Assembly: GCA_964187785.1 (NCBI GenBank)
Contig: OZ076409.1
Location: forward strand, 7,628,001-7,692,000
DNA from: Amphiscolops sp. MND2022
Lineage: Eukaryota
Direction: 5' to 3'
DNA length: 64,000 nt
In this document: piece by piece, positions 10,694 to 21,787 of the stretch
Numbering within the stretch: position 1 is the first letter of the stretch
How the letters are laid out: the number at the start of each line of letters is the position of its first letter
Position numbers and translations under genes: made by a program
The notes under the pieces: model-generated
What the model was told of the DNA's origin: nothing
Database searches by the model: none
Seen by the model: the letters and a program-made list of their open reading frames with translations, nothing else

Positions 10694-12582
10694 GAAATCG
10701 AGAGAAAAGAATTATGAGTGAAGACTGGATTATCTGAGATGCTGTTTCGATGTATTTTACTGATTTAAGTGGTTATTCGATCTCAAAATTCACTAATCTG
10801 AACTGAGATGTTTTAGGAAAATGAAGTCGTAACAAGCAAGTAAGCAGTTAGGTAAGAAGAAGGAAATTAGCAAGGTAGTTAGGGAAAGTTCATCCGATTT
10901 TCATCTCAGTCGTAGATGTACCAAGAAATTACTCAAATTCAGTTCTGTACCTTCTGAAGATGAAATAGAGATGTGTTTTTAATGACTTTCACGTGTTAAA
11001 ATATCCAACCGGTCGGTAGCTTGTCTCAATTCGGGCTCTTAGTAATCGCTAATGGCGGTCCAAATTACAGCAGTTCACGTGTCTTCTCGGTCGGTAAGAC
11101 GCTAAATCTCTTACCAACCTTCTCTCATTGGCTGTTTCCAGCTGGTGTTAAAATGGTAAGTCACGTGACCGGTGTTGTGAACTGCCGCAAAGTGGCCACG
11201 CATCATGGTACATCTACATATGTTAATGGTGTTTAGTCATCGATTTACAATGTCGCAATTGCCTGCACGTAGCATCATGGTTTCTATAACAACTAAAATG
11301 AACTCAAATCATTCGATAATGTACTAATTTTAAGTCAATTCAAAATAAAACACAATTCGGGATGGGAAAACGATGTTTTCCGCTGATTCTAGCGCCAAAA
11401 TCAATGATTTAAAACTTGAAGATGGAAATGCGATGAACTTGTAAGAATATTTGCTGATTTCCAAGTCTAGTTTAGCTCTGGATGAAAATGCGATGAATGG
11501 TAGTCTTTCTCGCTCGGAAATCAACACAATTCAAACTGACGATGATAAAAGGATGAACTCCACGTATAATTTGCCAATTTCCAGCACAGATTAAACTGAC
11601 GATGAATTCGGGATGAATTCAGTCGACAAATGCCAATTCTAGTACAGGTGAATTTTGGCGATGGGTTTAAGATGAACTTGTCAGTTAAAACAGCAAATAC
11701 CAAAGCAATGTAAACTGGCGATGAGTTTAGGATGAACTCATCCACCAAAATGGTTAATTTTTCAGCACGGACGAAATCAAATGAATTAAGGATGGGTTCA
11801 CTAAACAAATCAGATAACCAGCACTTTCACTCTTTTTTTAGGATGGATTAAGGTTGTATTTTCTCATTTCACTTCTGTACTAGCGAACACGATGAGTAAA
11901 GGATGGGTTACTGTTCTTTAGAAATGAGAAGCACATTTCAGGAGTTTCTAAGTGAGATAATCGCGATGAATTAAAGATGAGTTTTGCTAAAATAAGTCCC
12001 ATAAAATCCGCTGATGGATAATTGATGAAAATTAGTTTGAAGTCCCATGTAAAGTTCACTCGCAATTTTTGAGGATGGGGTTGCGATGAACTTTAGTTAA
12101 AAGCACCGTTGAATCCGCTGATGGATTCCAAGTGAAATTTCTAATCAGGTCAAAGTCATCACCAAATTCGACGATGAATTTGTGATGAATTTAGTGGAAT
12201 TTGTCACAACTACATACTCTGAGGCGGGGAGTTAGTAGAAGTTATACTTTCCATTACTTTCAATATCTCTCGGTCCAGTCTGACCGGAAAACTTCTCTCC
12301 CTTGTCGTGACAAACCAATATTTATGAAATATAGGACTTTTTCAAGGCCATTTTCTGGCAAGATCATTTATGCGGACACCGGAACTAGAGCGCTCAGTAT
12401 TAAGTAAATATATATAACTCACACTCAAGGGGGGGAAGGGATTAAAGTACAAGTAACGTAGGGTTGCTCACAACCATGGCCCTTATTATATGACATCATA
12501 TTGCCCATATCTAAGTACATAGGACATAATATTTACATTACAGATATTTAGTAGATTATATTTCCATCATGCTGGCATGACA
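10384..12582 (-). repeat. 5' LTR of element A (about 2.2 kb)
   Basis: TGTC...GACA termini. The inner end is inferred from the PBS by analogy with B and C. Confidence 0.85.
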
Positions 12583-13633
12583 GCGCTCCTCGTGGTAAAT
12601 TAAAGCGTTTTATATGGACCCAGTCTTTGCATAGGTTACAATTTACCAAATCGAGACACTAACGGAGCAATTCGAGTTTTTGTAGTTTTTCTATCCAAAA
12701 ATAACATTTTGCCCCCTCTATTGTGTTTGTCACGCTCCTCATGAAGAAACACAACATCCCGTGGACGTGACTTGAAAGTCATTTTGGGATGGGTAAAGGG
12801 TAGAAAATCCTTTAGTTGTTTACTTGAGGAGGAAAAAATGGAATATTCTAGCAAGACCGTGTATAATCAATCTTCTAGTTCAACTGCAGCGACAAACCAG
12901 CAGAAATGGGTAGTGTTTTCTTTCCACTCGACTATCTTGCCTCAAACGAAGCTATTCAACTAGCACTAAGTACACTTGGCATTGTAGTGACGTAAAAAGA
13001 AAACGTAACAGAGTTAGAGATTTTAAAATAAAAAGGGTACATCAAAAAGATCAGTAACCAGAGGTTTATATCGATAAGCAGGACAATTTTCATGGCGGTT
13101 CTCGAATTGATGTAACAAAGCAATCTGAGAACTCAACGCGTGCAGAAGAGGGGAATGTTCCACCAATATAGTTCTGTCCCCACGAACAAGGTCGTAACAT
13201 CTGATATTCAACTCACACAGTTGTTTTTTCCAAACTATTAACAAATTATTGGTCAATTAAATTGGAGATTTTCGAAAATTAATTTATTGTTCCATTTTTG
13301 AATATTAATTAGATTGAATTCGATTTTTTTCCCGATCCCAGGTTACGTCTCCTGTTCCGTGAATCATGATTTAAGTAGCTGCCCAAGTAAACTTGAAGAA
13401 CCAAAATGTGCGAACCGTGATGATAACTTGTGATCCGACTACCATCGTCAAATTCAGATATACGGTTATAAAGCTTGCGGAATGCTATCACCCACTTTTA
13501 CACTTTTTTATACGTCTAGTTTCTCAGCTTTTACAACTGCATCAAGAGTGAAATAAGAGTAGAAGGACATGCAAAAGGCCAGATATGTAGAAACTGAGGA
13601 AACTATTTGCTCTGAAACGTAATCCATTCCGAA

Positions 13634-14108
13634 AAGCAAGCCCGAGTCGGCGCCATATTTAGGGCTCAAAAATAGCAAAAGGACTTCAAAATGTCAAAGT
13701 ATTGGTGAATTGGGAACCTTTTATGAAAAAAATGAAAAACAGTCTCACAATGCCGAAAAACAAAATTGAAAGGGAGGATCCTTTGGGATTTTTCAACATC
13801 CATTCTGTTACAAAACTCCAAAAAAAATTGAAGGGGGACCCTTTGGTGGGAAAAAATTGAAAAAAGTCACACAGTGCCGAAATAAATCTAAATGGGGGAC
13901 CCTTTGGGCTCGTCCGGTATTGTATATTACGTTGAAAACCTTTTTGGTTCAGTTCCTTGAGCCAACAGGTACATTTTGGCGTCTTCTCAAAATTTTGTAG
14001 AACTTTTGGTAGAACTATTTTGGTCACTTCAGGTGGTCTTTAAAAAAACACTGACGAAAATCCATGACTATAGTCCACTCTTTTCCTAAGAAAAGCGCCG
14101 ACTAAAAA
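13634..14108 (-). mobile_element. Non-autonomous DINE-1/Helentron-like (HINE) element
   Basis: Subterminal inverted repeats AGTCGGCGC (13645) and GCGCCGACT (14095), terminal CTTTTC..GAAAAG palindrome, T-run end on the minus strand. Internal repeats (AGTC.CACA.TGCCGAAA...GGGGACCCTTTG) are shared with 14357-14942. Confidence 0.6.
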
Positions 14109-14356
14109 TTAATACTGGTCGTAAACTTTCAAGTCTAGGGTTCAACAGAGAACTGATATCCAAATACTGACATCCAACTTGCCTAGATTAGCGTCGGCGT
14201 TTTCGATAGTTTTTGTTTCATTCATTCTGGAAACCAGTTTGCGGGCAATTTGTACCTGTCTACGCACGTTTCTGAGCTTCATCAAGAGAAACCTACTTTT
14301 CATTCGACCTTAGCTTTTTGTCGACCACCAATACGAACAAAACCTCAAAAGATTCC

Positions 14357-14942
14357 AGCAAGACGGGAACGTCTAAAGTCGGCGCTATATCTGAGGCTCA
14401 AAAAGCGCAAAGTTTTTAAAACTGTAAAGGGTAATCCTTCGGGCTTTTTGAAAATCCAGTTTGTTGCAAAATATCAAAAAAAGTGAAAGGACCCTTTGGA
14501 GACAAAAACTCACAAAGTTTTTTCTGAGAAATTGTTTTTTAATTTTCAAAAACAAAACGAAAATTGAGAATTTTGAACAGTCTCATAGTGCCGAAATACA
14601 TAAAAGGGGAGACCCTTTGGGCGTTTTGGTACTTTAGTTTGCTGCAAAACATCAAAAAAACTTGAAGGTGGGACCCTTTGAAGGCAAACAAAATAAGAAA
14701 AAAGTCACACAGTGCCGAAAACAATTGAAAGAGGGGACCCTTCAGTCTCGTCCGCTTTCCCAAATGCTCTGGCCAAAGCAAGGACTCGAACCGGTGACCG
14801 CTGGGTTCACCGTAAATCGAGTAAAGTATGTACTAAAAAGTGGTACATACACGATGAGGTCTGTGGTCTGACGAAAAAAAAGAAAAAAAACTGGTCACTG
14901 TAATAGTCGGTCTCTTTTCACTAGAAAAGCGCCGGCTAAAAA
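14357..14942 (-). mobile_element. Non-autonomous DINE-1/Helentron-like (HINE) element, second related copy
   Basis: Hairpin AGACG-GGAA-CGTCT (14361-14374), subTIRs AGTCGGCGC (14377) and GCGCCGGCT (14929), CTTTTC-ACTA-GAAAAG palindrome. Confidence 0.6.
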
Positions 14943-16051
14943 TAACAGTCCACAAGAAGTCAGTCGCACCAAACGCTGAGCTAAATGACAGAAATAGCAA
15001 GCAGTGATGCGTATGAAAAGTCAATAAAAACTCACTTCAGTCAGCAGCTGAAATATTGAAATGGAGCGAAATGTTTTGATTAGTCATTTTTGTATCGAAA
15101 TAGTACTGGCTTGTAGAATGTACATAAGTTTGGCCCACTGAAACACTTTCCAACAGGAAATAACCGTAAGTTGCTTTTTGTTTTCAACTACTTTGTTTTT
15201 TATTTGTTCCTTCGCGAGTAGATAGTTCGGTGTTTTTGAGCCGTGAAAAAGAATAGGAAACGAAAAGACCAGGACTCAGTTTTCCTCGCGGAAAACGACT
15301 AATTTCGTCCACCTTCATTTCCCTCTATTTCATTTAAAACGCTGTTTGATTTTTGTAGGATCGATCATGTTTCCCTTTTCAGGTCAGTATTTTTAAAATG
15401 TCTTCAACAAAGTTTTTGGTCAACAACAAAGTTTTCATCGTAAAGATACCAAAACGTTTTTCGTTTTCTGTAACCTATTAAGCGCTGATTGACATTAGAA
15501 AACGGAGTCTGGATATTTCCTAACTGAACTCTTTTAAAGATTCGATGACCTAGTTGTCGTAGAAAAACACATCGTAGAAAAACTAAAATTTTAGCTTAAA
15601 GAACGCTGAGTCTGAAAGTGCAAAAATTCAGGGTGAAATGGGGTTTCAGGGTTGGGAGTTTATTGCTCACAACTTGTTTAGAGACTATTTAAAACCATTT
15701 TAAAGCTCAATCCCAACAATGGCGCTCGCTGTCTTTGAGTTCATTTTATTCGAAGTAAGAAAACCATGTGAAGCTACTTCGGCGCTTTTTTCAATACCCA
15801 TACCTTCGGTGCTTTCAAAAACCCAGTGTTCCATAGTCCGTCAGCGTTTCAGTTCGACTATAGTTTTCGAGTCACATGAAACAGTTGATTATAGCAGGCA
15901 AAAATGAAAGCCAAAATCCATTTCACATTGACTATTCATAAATCTGCCCCTCGTTTCTGAAACAAACTAGATACCTAGATAATTCCAAAATTGAATGTCA
16001 CACTGTGGATAAAAACGTGTGTCAACTTTCCTTTTTTGTGAAATGTATGAC

Positions 16052-17674
16052 TGTCGCAGGCTGCCACCTGTGATCTTATTTTATTTTATGTCCCTTTGTG
16101 TCGTCTTGGACAGCCAGTCCGGTTGAATTTAGACAATCAAATTGCAGTATTAGTATGAGTGCTCTGATTTAGTGCTTTTAATTAATGGACGCGATGGCCG
16201 TTCACCGCTTGTCAACTAATAAACCAGTACGTTTGCGGCAGTTGGACATTGAGTCCCAATTTAGATTTTAAGTGCTGTTAACTTTCATTTAAAGGCCATT
16301 CACGGCTGTCCACCTAAATAAACCTCTCACTTATGGCTAGTGGACAGCTAGTCCGGTTAAATATTAACCAATTACAGCGCAGTACGCTTGCTGAACACTC
16401 CTATCTAGTATAGCAGTTATTTGTATTGTCGGTGTTATGGCAGTGGGACTACCAGTCCAATTAAAAGATGAAAATGCAATATATTATGACAAGATGCAAT
16501 TAATTGTTTTGTACGACTCTTAAGGCCTATAACAAATTGTTGCTACATACATACATACATTTTCGTGGTTGAAATTCATTCATCGAAAATGTGCTGGACT
16601 TTCAGTCCTTTCTCCCCCCTTCTCTGAAGCTATCTCAGACGCGAAACTAATTCCCATGAATAGCCAGTATTATGTCGTCTATTATAGGTTACGGCCCTTG
16701 TGTCTACTTGCCATTCCTTTCCACATGCTATACATGCAGTTTAATATAAGATGCTTTACATGTAGTGTTATTAATCATGTTCCATTTAGACGGCCTTCAG
16801 GGCCACGTGGATATTTGTTGACGCTGTTACTATATATAGATATATTTTGACTGCGTCATGTTGCTGCTATATTTAGAACTACGTCATTGTGTGTTTGTAA
16901 GGACACACAGTCCTTTGTAGCTATTTTTAGAGCACTTGCTCTAAATTTAGATTGATGATACCCTATATTTTGTATGTCATGCATATTTTAGTATAAATAC
17001 TCGGGACTCCTAGTCCCGAGGACACAATTTTGATTTGTAACTCTATTATTGAGACCGATTGTCAAACTCACTTTATTTTACCATAAAAGAAGTAATTGAC
17101 TTCTTTCCCCACAAATACGTTCTTCAACAAGAAGACAAAAGACTGAATTAGACGTTCTAGAGAAATGGACACGATGTCCAATGATAACGACAGGGACATG
17201 ATGCTTGGTGGAATCAATTCAACATATATAGAAAAAAAATTCGAGATTGTATTAAATCATTCTCTCGGCCAAGGTGACACCGAGGCCATTCTTACTTACA
17301 AAATTCCTTTACAGCAAATTGAGAATAGAAACATTGGCTGTAGAATTGAGACCACTAGGTCAGATAGACACTTACAGTCTTGATGTTATCAGAGGAATTT
17401 AATCTCAGGTTATCCCAAGTGACGGATTCACTTATGAACTTCCTACAGGTCCAGACAACTAGAGCGATCAATTCTGCCATCAATGATAAAATGGTCCCCG
17501 AGATACAAAATTTTATGGGTACCCAGTCTTCAGGACAGAGGGACACTGAGTCCGCTTCGTCACCAAATAATCAGGATAATACAGAAGGAACTAACGGGTT
17601 TATATCTAAAATTACAAAAAAGGACTCACGGTCCGCGTGTAATTTAAGAGACACAGACGACCGTAGTCCTTACA
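16052..17674 (+). mobile_element. Solo LTR of the same Gypsy lineage, containing a relic Gag N-terminus
   Basis: TG...CA termini with a perfect 5-bp TSD ATGAC (16047-16051 and 17675-17679). Begins TGTCGCAGGCTGCCACCTGTGA like the element C LTR. 17380-17670 translates to LSEEFNLRLSQ...RAINSAINDKMVPEIQN, similar to the C LTR ORF. Confidence 0.88.
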
Positions 17675-18910
17675 ATGACAACCCAAAAGCAGGACGTCTG
17701 CTGTTTCGGAGACGTGCTTTGTCACATTCGGCGGAAAGTAATACATGTTTTCTAATAGCTGAAACTCGTTATATCATAATTACTGTATAAGGAAGAAATC
17801 TACAGACATGGAATACTTCGGACAAAAGTCGTCTCAATCAAGTGTTGCATCTCAACAGAACAGTTTCAAATACTGTATTCATGTAACTTCTAGCAAAGGA
17901 ACTTCCATGCTAGAGCTGAGCTGGGACAGTGCTTAGGTTGCCTGGACAGGAACATAGTCTATACACAAGCCTAAACACTAGTTTCTCTTCCGAAAACGGT
18001 CTCCTGGGGGACTTCTGTAGCGTCGAGGAGACTTCTGATTTTGGAGCTCCGTGGTGACATACTGGAACACTTAAAGTCCAGAAACGTCCCACAAGCACGT
18101 AAAAACCGTTTTCCAGGTTACCTGAGACTTCCTACATTCCGAGGTCCAAAGGTGACAATTATCCGAACTACTTTTATTGGCTACCCTAATCGAGATTGCT
18201 TGATTTTCTTACATGCTGCATGGGAACATGCATGCTAATTGTTTACAAAATTCATGAAGTATACATGGAAAAGTTTTGTAGAATTATAAAGCAGATTCCA
18301 CATTTTCAATTACAACTCAAAAAATTTCCACTTCTTCACCGGCGCGATCACTTTGTTTTCACGCATAAGTTTCTCAAGTAAGAAACTGTTTCAATAACAG
18401 TCAGTCAAATTGCACGCTGAATATGACGTTGCTTTGAAACAAATGATGTGACTGAAATTTACTTGCATTGAAATTGCGATATAATTAAAGAGGTATCAGC
18501 GGTTGTCAAAATTAGAACGGCGTCCTGATGAACCCTGCATAACGCCGAGTCTCGGAATAGCCGCCAAATTTAAGACGCTTTTTATAGGCAGTCTGATAAA
18601 ATTAAATCGAGTAAATTTTCATAAGAATTTGATAAAGTCATATATTTCCAGAAATCTGAAAAATAGCTCAAACATAGAGAGTTCTGTCGGCAAAACACTG
18701 AATCAAGATCTGAGCGCGTCCTTGATCTGCGGAACAGTCTATGCGAGGTATCGAGTATGCCAAAGTCCATAACTCCGTTGCTGAAATTTTGATTTCATGT
18801 ACCTGCCAAGGGTTTCATGTTGTACGACACGTTTCGAATTTTCAAACACTTTCTGGTAGGTGCTCTATCACCAGGCTAAGGACGTTACATCACTCCTTTG
18901 TAACTCAAAC

Positions 18911-20681
18911 TGTCGCCGGGCTTCCCCTGCGAGATGTCCGGAGTGCAGCATCAATGATCAGTTCAACTTGCTCCTTCCTACCGTCTGAGACCCGAAGATC
19001 CGAATCAAATCATCATCAGTGTACAAACTTCAAGAACAATTGAAGTTACTTAAACTGAGATAATTGTTTTGAATGTTTGTTCTTGTTGCTATTTTCTTAG
19101 CATTCGTTTGTGTTATAATGTTCGTTAATGTTGAAGCGGACGCCTTGTTGCCTCCACTGATTTAATTAAAACAGCGGTTCAACCGTTGGCAAATTGAAAG
19201 AAAAAGAAAAAAACTTTGATCAAATAAATTAGTCTCTAGTGACAATGTTACTAGTTGACCCAAGCCGAGCCTTTATTTTCACTGCCACTTTACCTCATAA
19301 GAGTGTACTGTAGTTTGATTTAGCTTTCAAAATAATAGAGCATTTGTAGCAAGACTATGTAGGAAGCTTTCATAATCAGCATGATGAATTACCCATGAAA
19401 CAGCATACCGTGCTCATACTTCTTTTCATAGACAGTTTATACTGCTTTATGCAGTTCTTACTAAGCCACATATGCGGCTTTTGCTAAAAAACAGTATGAT
19501 GACTACATACGTGCGGATAGTTATGCTACTTACCGCATTATGCGGAAGTATTGTAAAAACATCATGACGACTACATCCGTGTACACGTTTATACTCCTCA
19601 CCGCATTTTGCGGAAATATCTCGAAACAGCATGATGTTTAATTCATAATTAACATAATGAACAGCAGTGGAACAGTACCGATGAATTATACTGCATTATG
19701 TGGTTTCCATAAAACAGTACAAATGCGGATATACTGACAGAACGTCATAATCCGCATATTGCTTCTACAGTAATTTACTGATGTAGCTGTGCTATATTTA
19801 GACCTTCTAGGGGTATGACGTTATGAATTATTTTTAATCCCTGACCCTTGAAACATGGCGTTATGATGATTTGTATAAAATTGATTGTCATGCTACTAAA
19901 AATACCAACCAATAGAATCATTCGAAGCGAGTCCCTAAGAAATCAATTTTCCCCACATTCATTCGAAAAAATCTCACGCAGAACACAGTCACTCAATTTC
20001 ACAAACTACCCACAGTCCTCAAACTTTGCAGTTTTCTTTCTTTGTAAAGATAACTTCCACGATTTCATTTCACCAAAATATTTTTGTAATTCAAAGATTT
20101 CTACACTCAACACTGTTTTCATCATGGGAAATAAAAGAAATAGACGTTCAAGAAGGATAGAATCCCAGTCATCAGACAGAGAAGAGAATACTTCAGAAAC
20201 AAGCTTCACTCAAGGTAATGCGACTTTAGTTGATGTTTCTGAAAATGGTAATAACATTTTTGACAGGAACTTAGGTAGTGAACTGACAGAACCTTCACAA
20301 ATCAGCAATGAAATAGAAGTAATATCCCAGAGATTGTTTGAACAAAACAGTAACAAGATGACGCAAATTGAACAGCAACTGAATAGTAAATTCGAAGAGA
20401 TACTCAGAGAAATTAGAACAAATAAAGAAAGCAATTTGGCAAATGATGGAGAGGATGCCGAGAACAATAGGCCAGGTCCATCTAACTCGGAAAATAGAGG
20501 TCTCAGGAGTAATCACGCATCAAATACAACACTAGACAGAGACAAAAATCAGGATGATCGGTTTTGCCCATCTGAAATGAGTGAATTAAGACAACCGTAC
20601 ACACCACTTGGAATTGCTAATGAGACACTAGACGAAACTATCATTATAAACGAAAACAGACAGAAAATGCCGATCATCACA
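18911..20681 (+). repeat. 5' LTR of element B
   Basis: Matches 33813-35584; TGTCGCC...ATCACA. Confidence 0.95.
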
Positions 20682-20694
20682 TGGTGACTGGACC
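20682..20694 (+). promoter_or_regulatory. Primer-binding site of element B (TGGTGACTGGACC)
   Basis: Directly follows the LTR end; TGG is complementary to the tRNA CCA. Confidence 0.8.
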
Positions 20695-21780
20695 TACCAA
20701 GAACATCCTGAGACAAAGCTTTACTAACTCTAACACAACAAAAAAAATTGGACCACACGCAACAACTCTTCTCGAACATCCTGAAACATCAGACCCTGTC
20801 AGCCAAATTGCATTAGCAATTGAAAAACAGGCACGAAAAAACCCAGAACCCTCACTCTATCACCCGAAAAACACACTCACCTTTAACGGTAAATCAGAGA
20901 AAAATGAAAAGTTTGAATACTTTGAAAATCTTTTTCACACCACACTCAAGATGCAACCTCATCTCACTGAAGAGATGAAAATAAACCATTTTCCAGCCCA
21001 TCTCAGAGGACTGGCGTTAAAAACCTTCAAAAACATACAACGCACACCTACCACAACACTTGAAGACATCTTGGTAGTCTTCCGCAGAAAGTATGTCAAG
21101 CCTGAATCTAGTGCTTCAGCCAAACATAGATTCAACAGGCTTATGTTCCAACCCGAAAACCGGAAGCTGCCCGACTTTCTTGAAGATTTACAAGAGACTG
21201 CTGAAAAAGCATTTGGGGAAGCAGCGCCACAGATGATCGAAAGTCTCATATACGCAAAAATGTCTCCCCATCTAAAGAAATCAATCAACCAAGCGTACCT
21301 TGAGAATGGTACCTACGACCAAATTGTACGACACTTAGAACGCGAAATGGAACTCAATGGACTCGAAGCAGATGAGCCCTTAGTCAAAACACAAATGACA
21401 GCTGTAAAACAGCAAACTAACACACAAAACAATAAAAGTTCGACACAAAACACAAAACCTAAAACCAAAACTCCCAACACAGTTCCCAACAACACCCTAC
21501 AAAACAACCAATGTCGTTATTGCAAAGAAGAAGGTCACATGGCGAAGGAATGCCCAAAACTTGCAAGACGGCAAAAACTCGATAACGACCCAGACGCACC
21601 ACGATGCTCCCATTGTAACACGACAGGACATGAAGAACCCAACTGTTACTTCGGAGCTAACATGGAAAATTGTCCACCCAAATGGACACTGACAGAAAAT
21701 CAACAAAAACTCATTGACGAGTATAAAAAATCAAACAAACCCATCTTTCCACGAAACACGAAACCTTCAACATCGAAGGA

Positions 21781-21787
21781 TTTAAAC
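21781..21787 (+). other. -1 frameshift slippery site U-UUA-AAC (element B)
   Basis: Immediately before the gag TAA; the -1 frame is open into the 21856 ORF. Confidence 0.8.

Larger units (their letters stand above)
1..12582 (-). mobile_element. Ty3/Gypsy LTR retrotransposon, element A (3' LTR cut by the window edge; integrase deleted)
   Basis: Direct repeat 1-1395 matches 11188-12582 (about 98-99% by eye). Minus-strand gag and PR-RT-RH pol lie between them. The LTR starts TGTCATG (12582) and ends GACA (10384), followed by PBS-like TGGTGACAGGAGT. Confidence 0.95.

Noticed and set aside
12583..18905. Host genes or RNA genes in inter-element DNA
   Set aside because: Only short AT-rich ORFs without recognisable domains; no tRNA or rRNA structure seen. 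Small host exons cannot be excluded.
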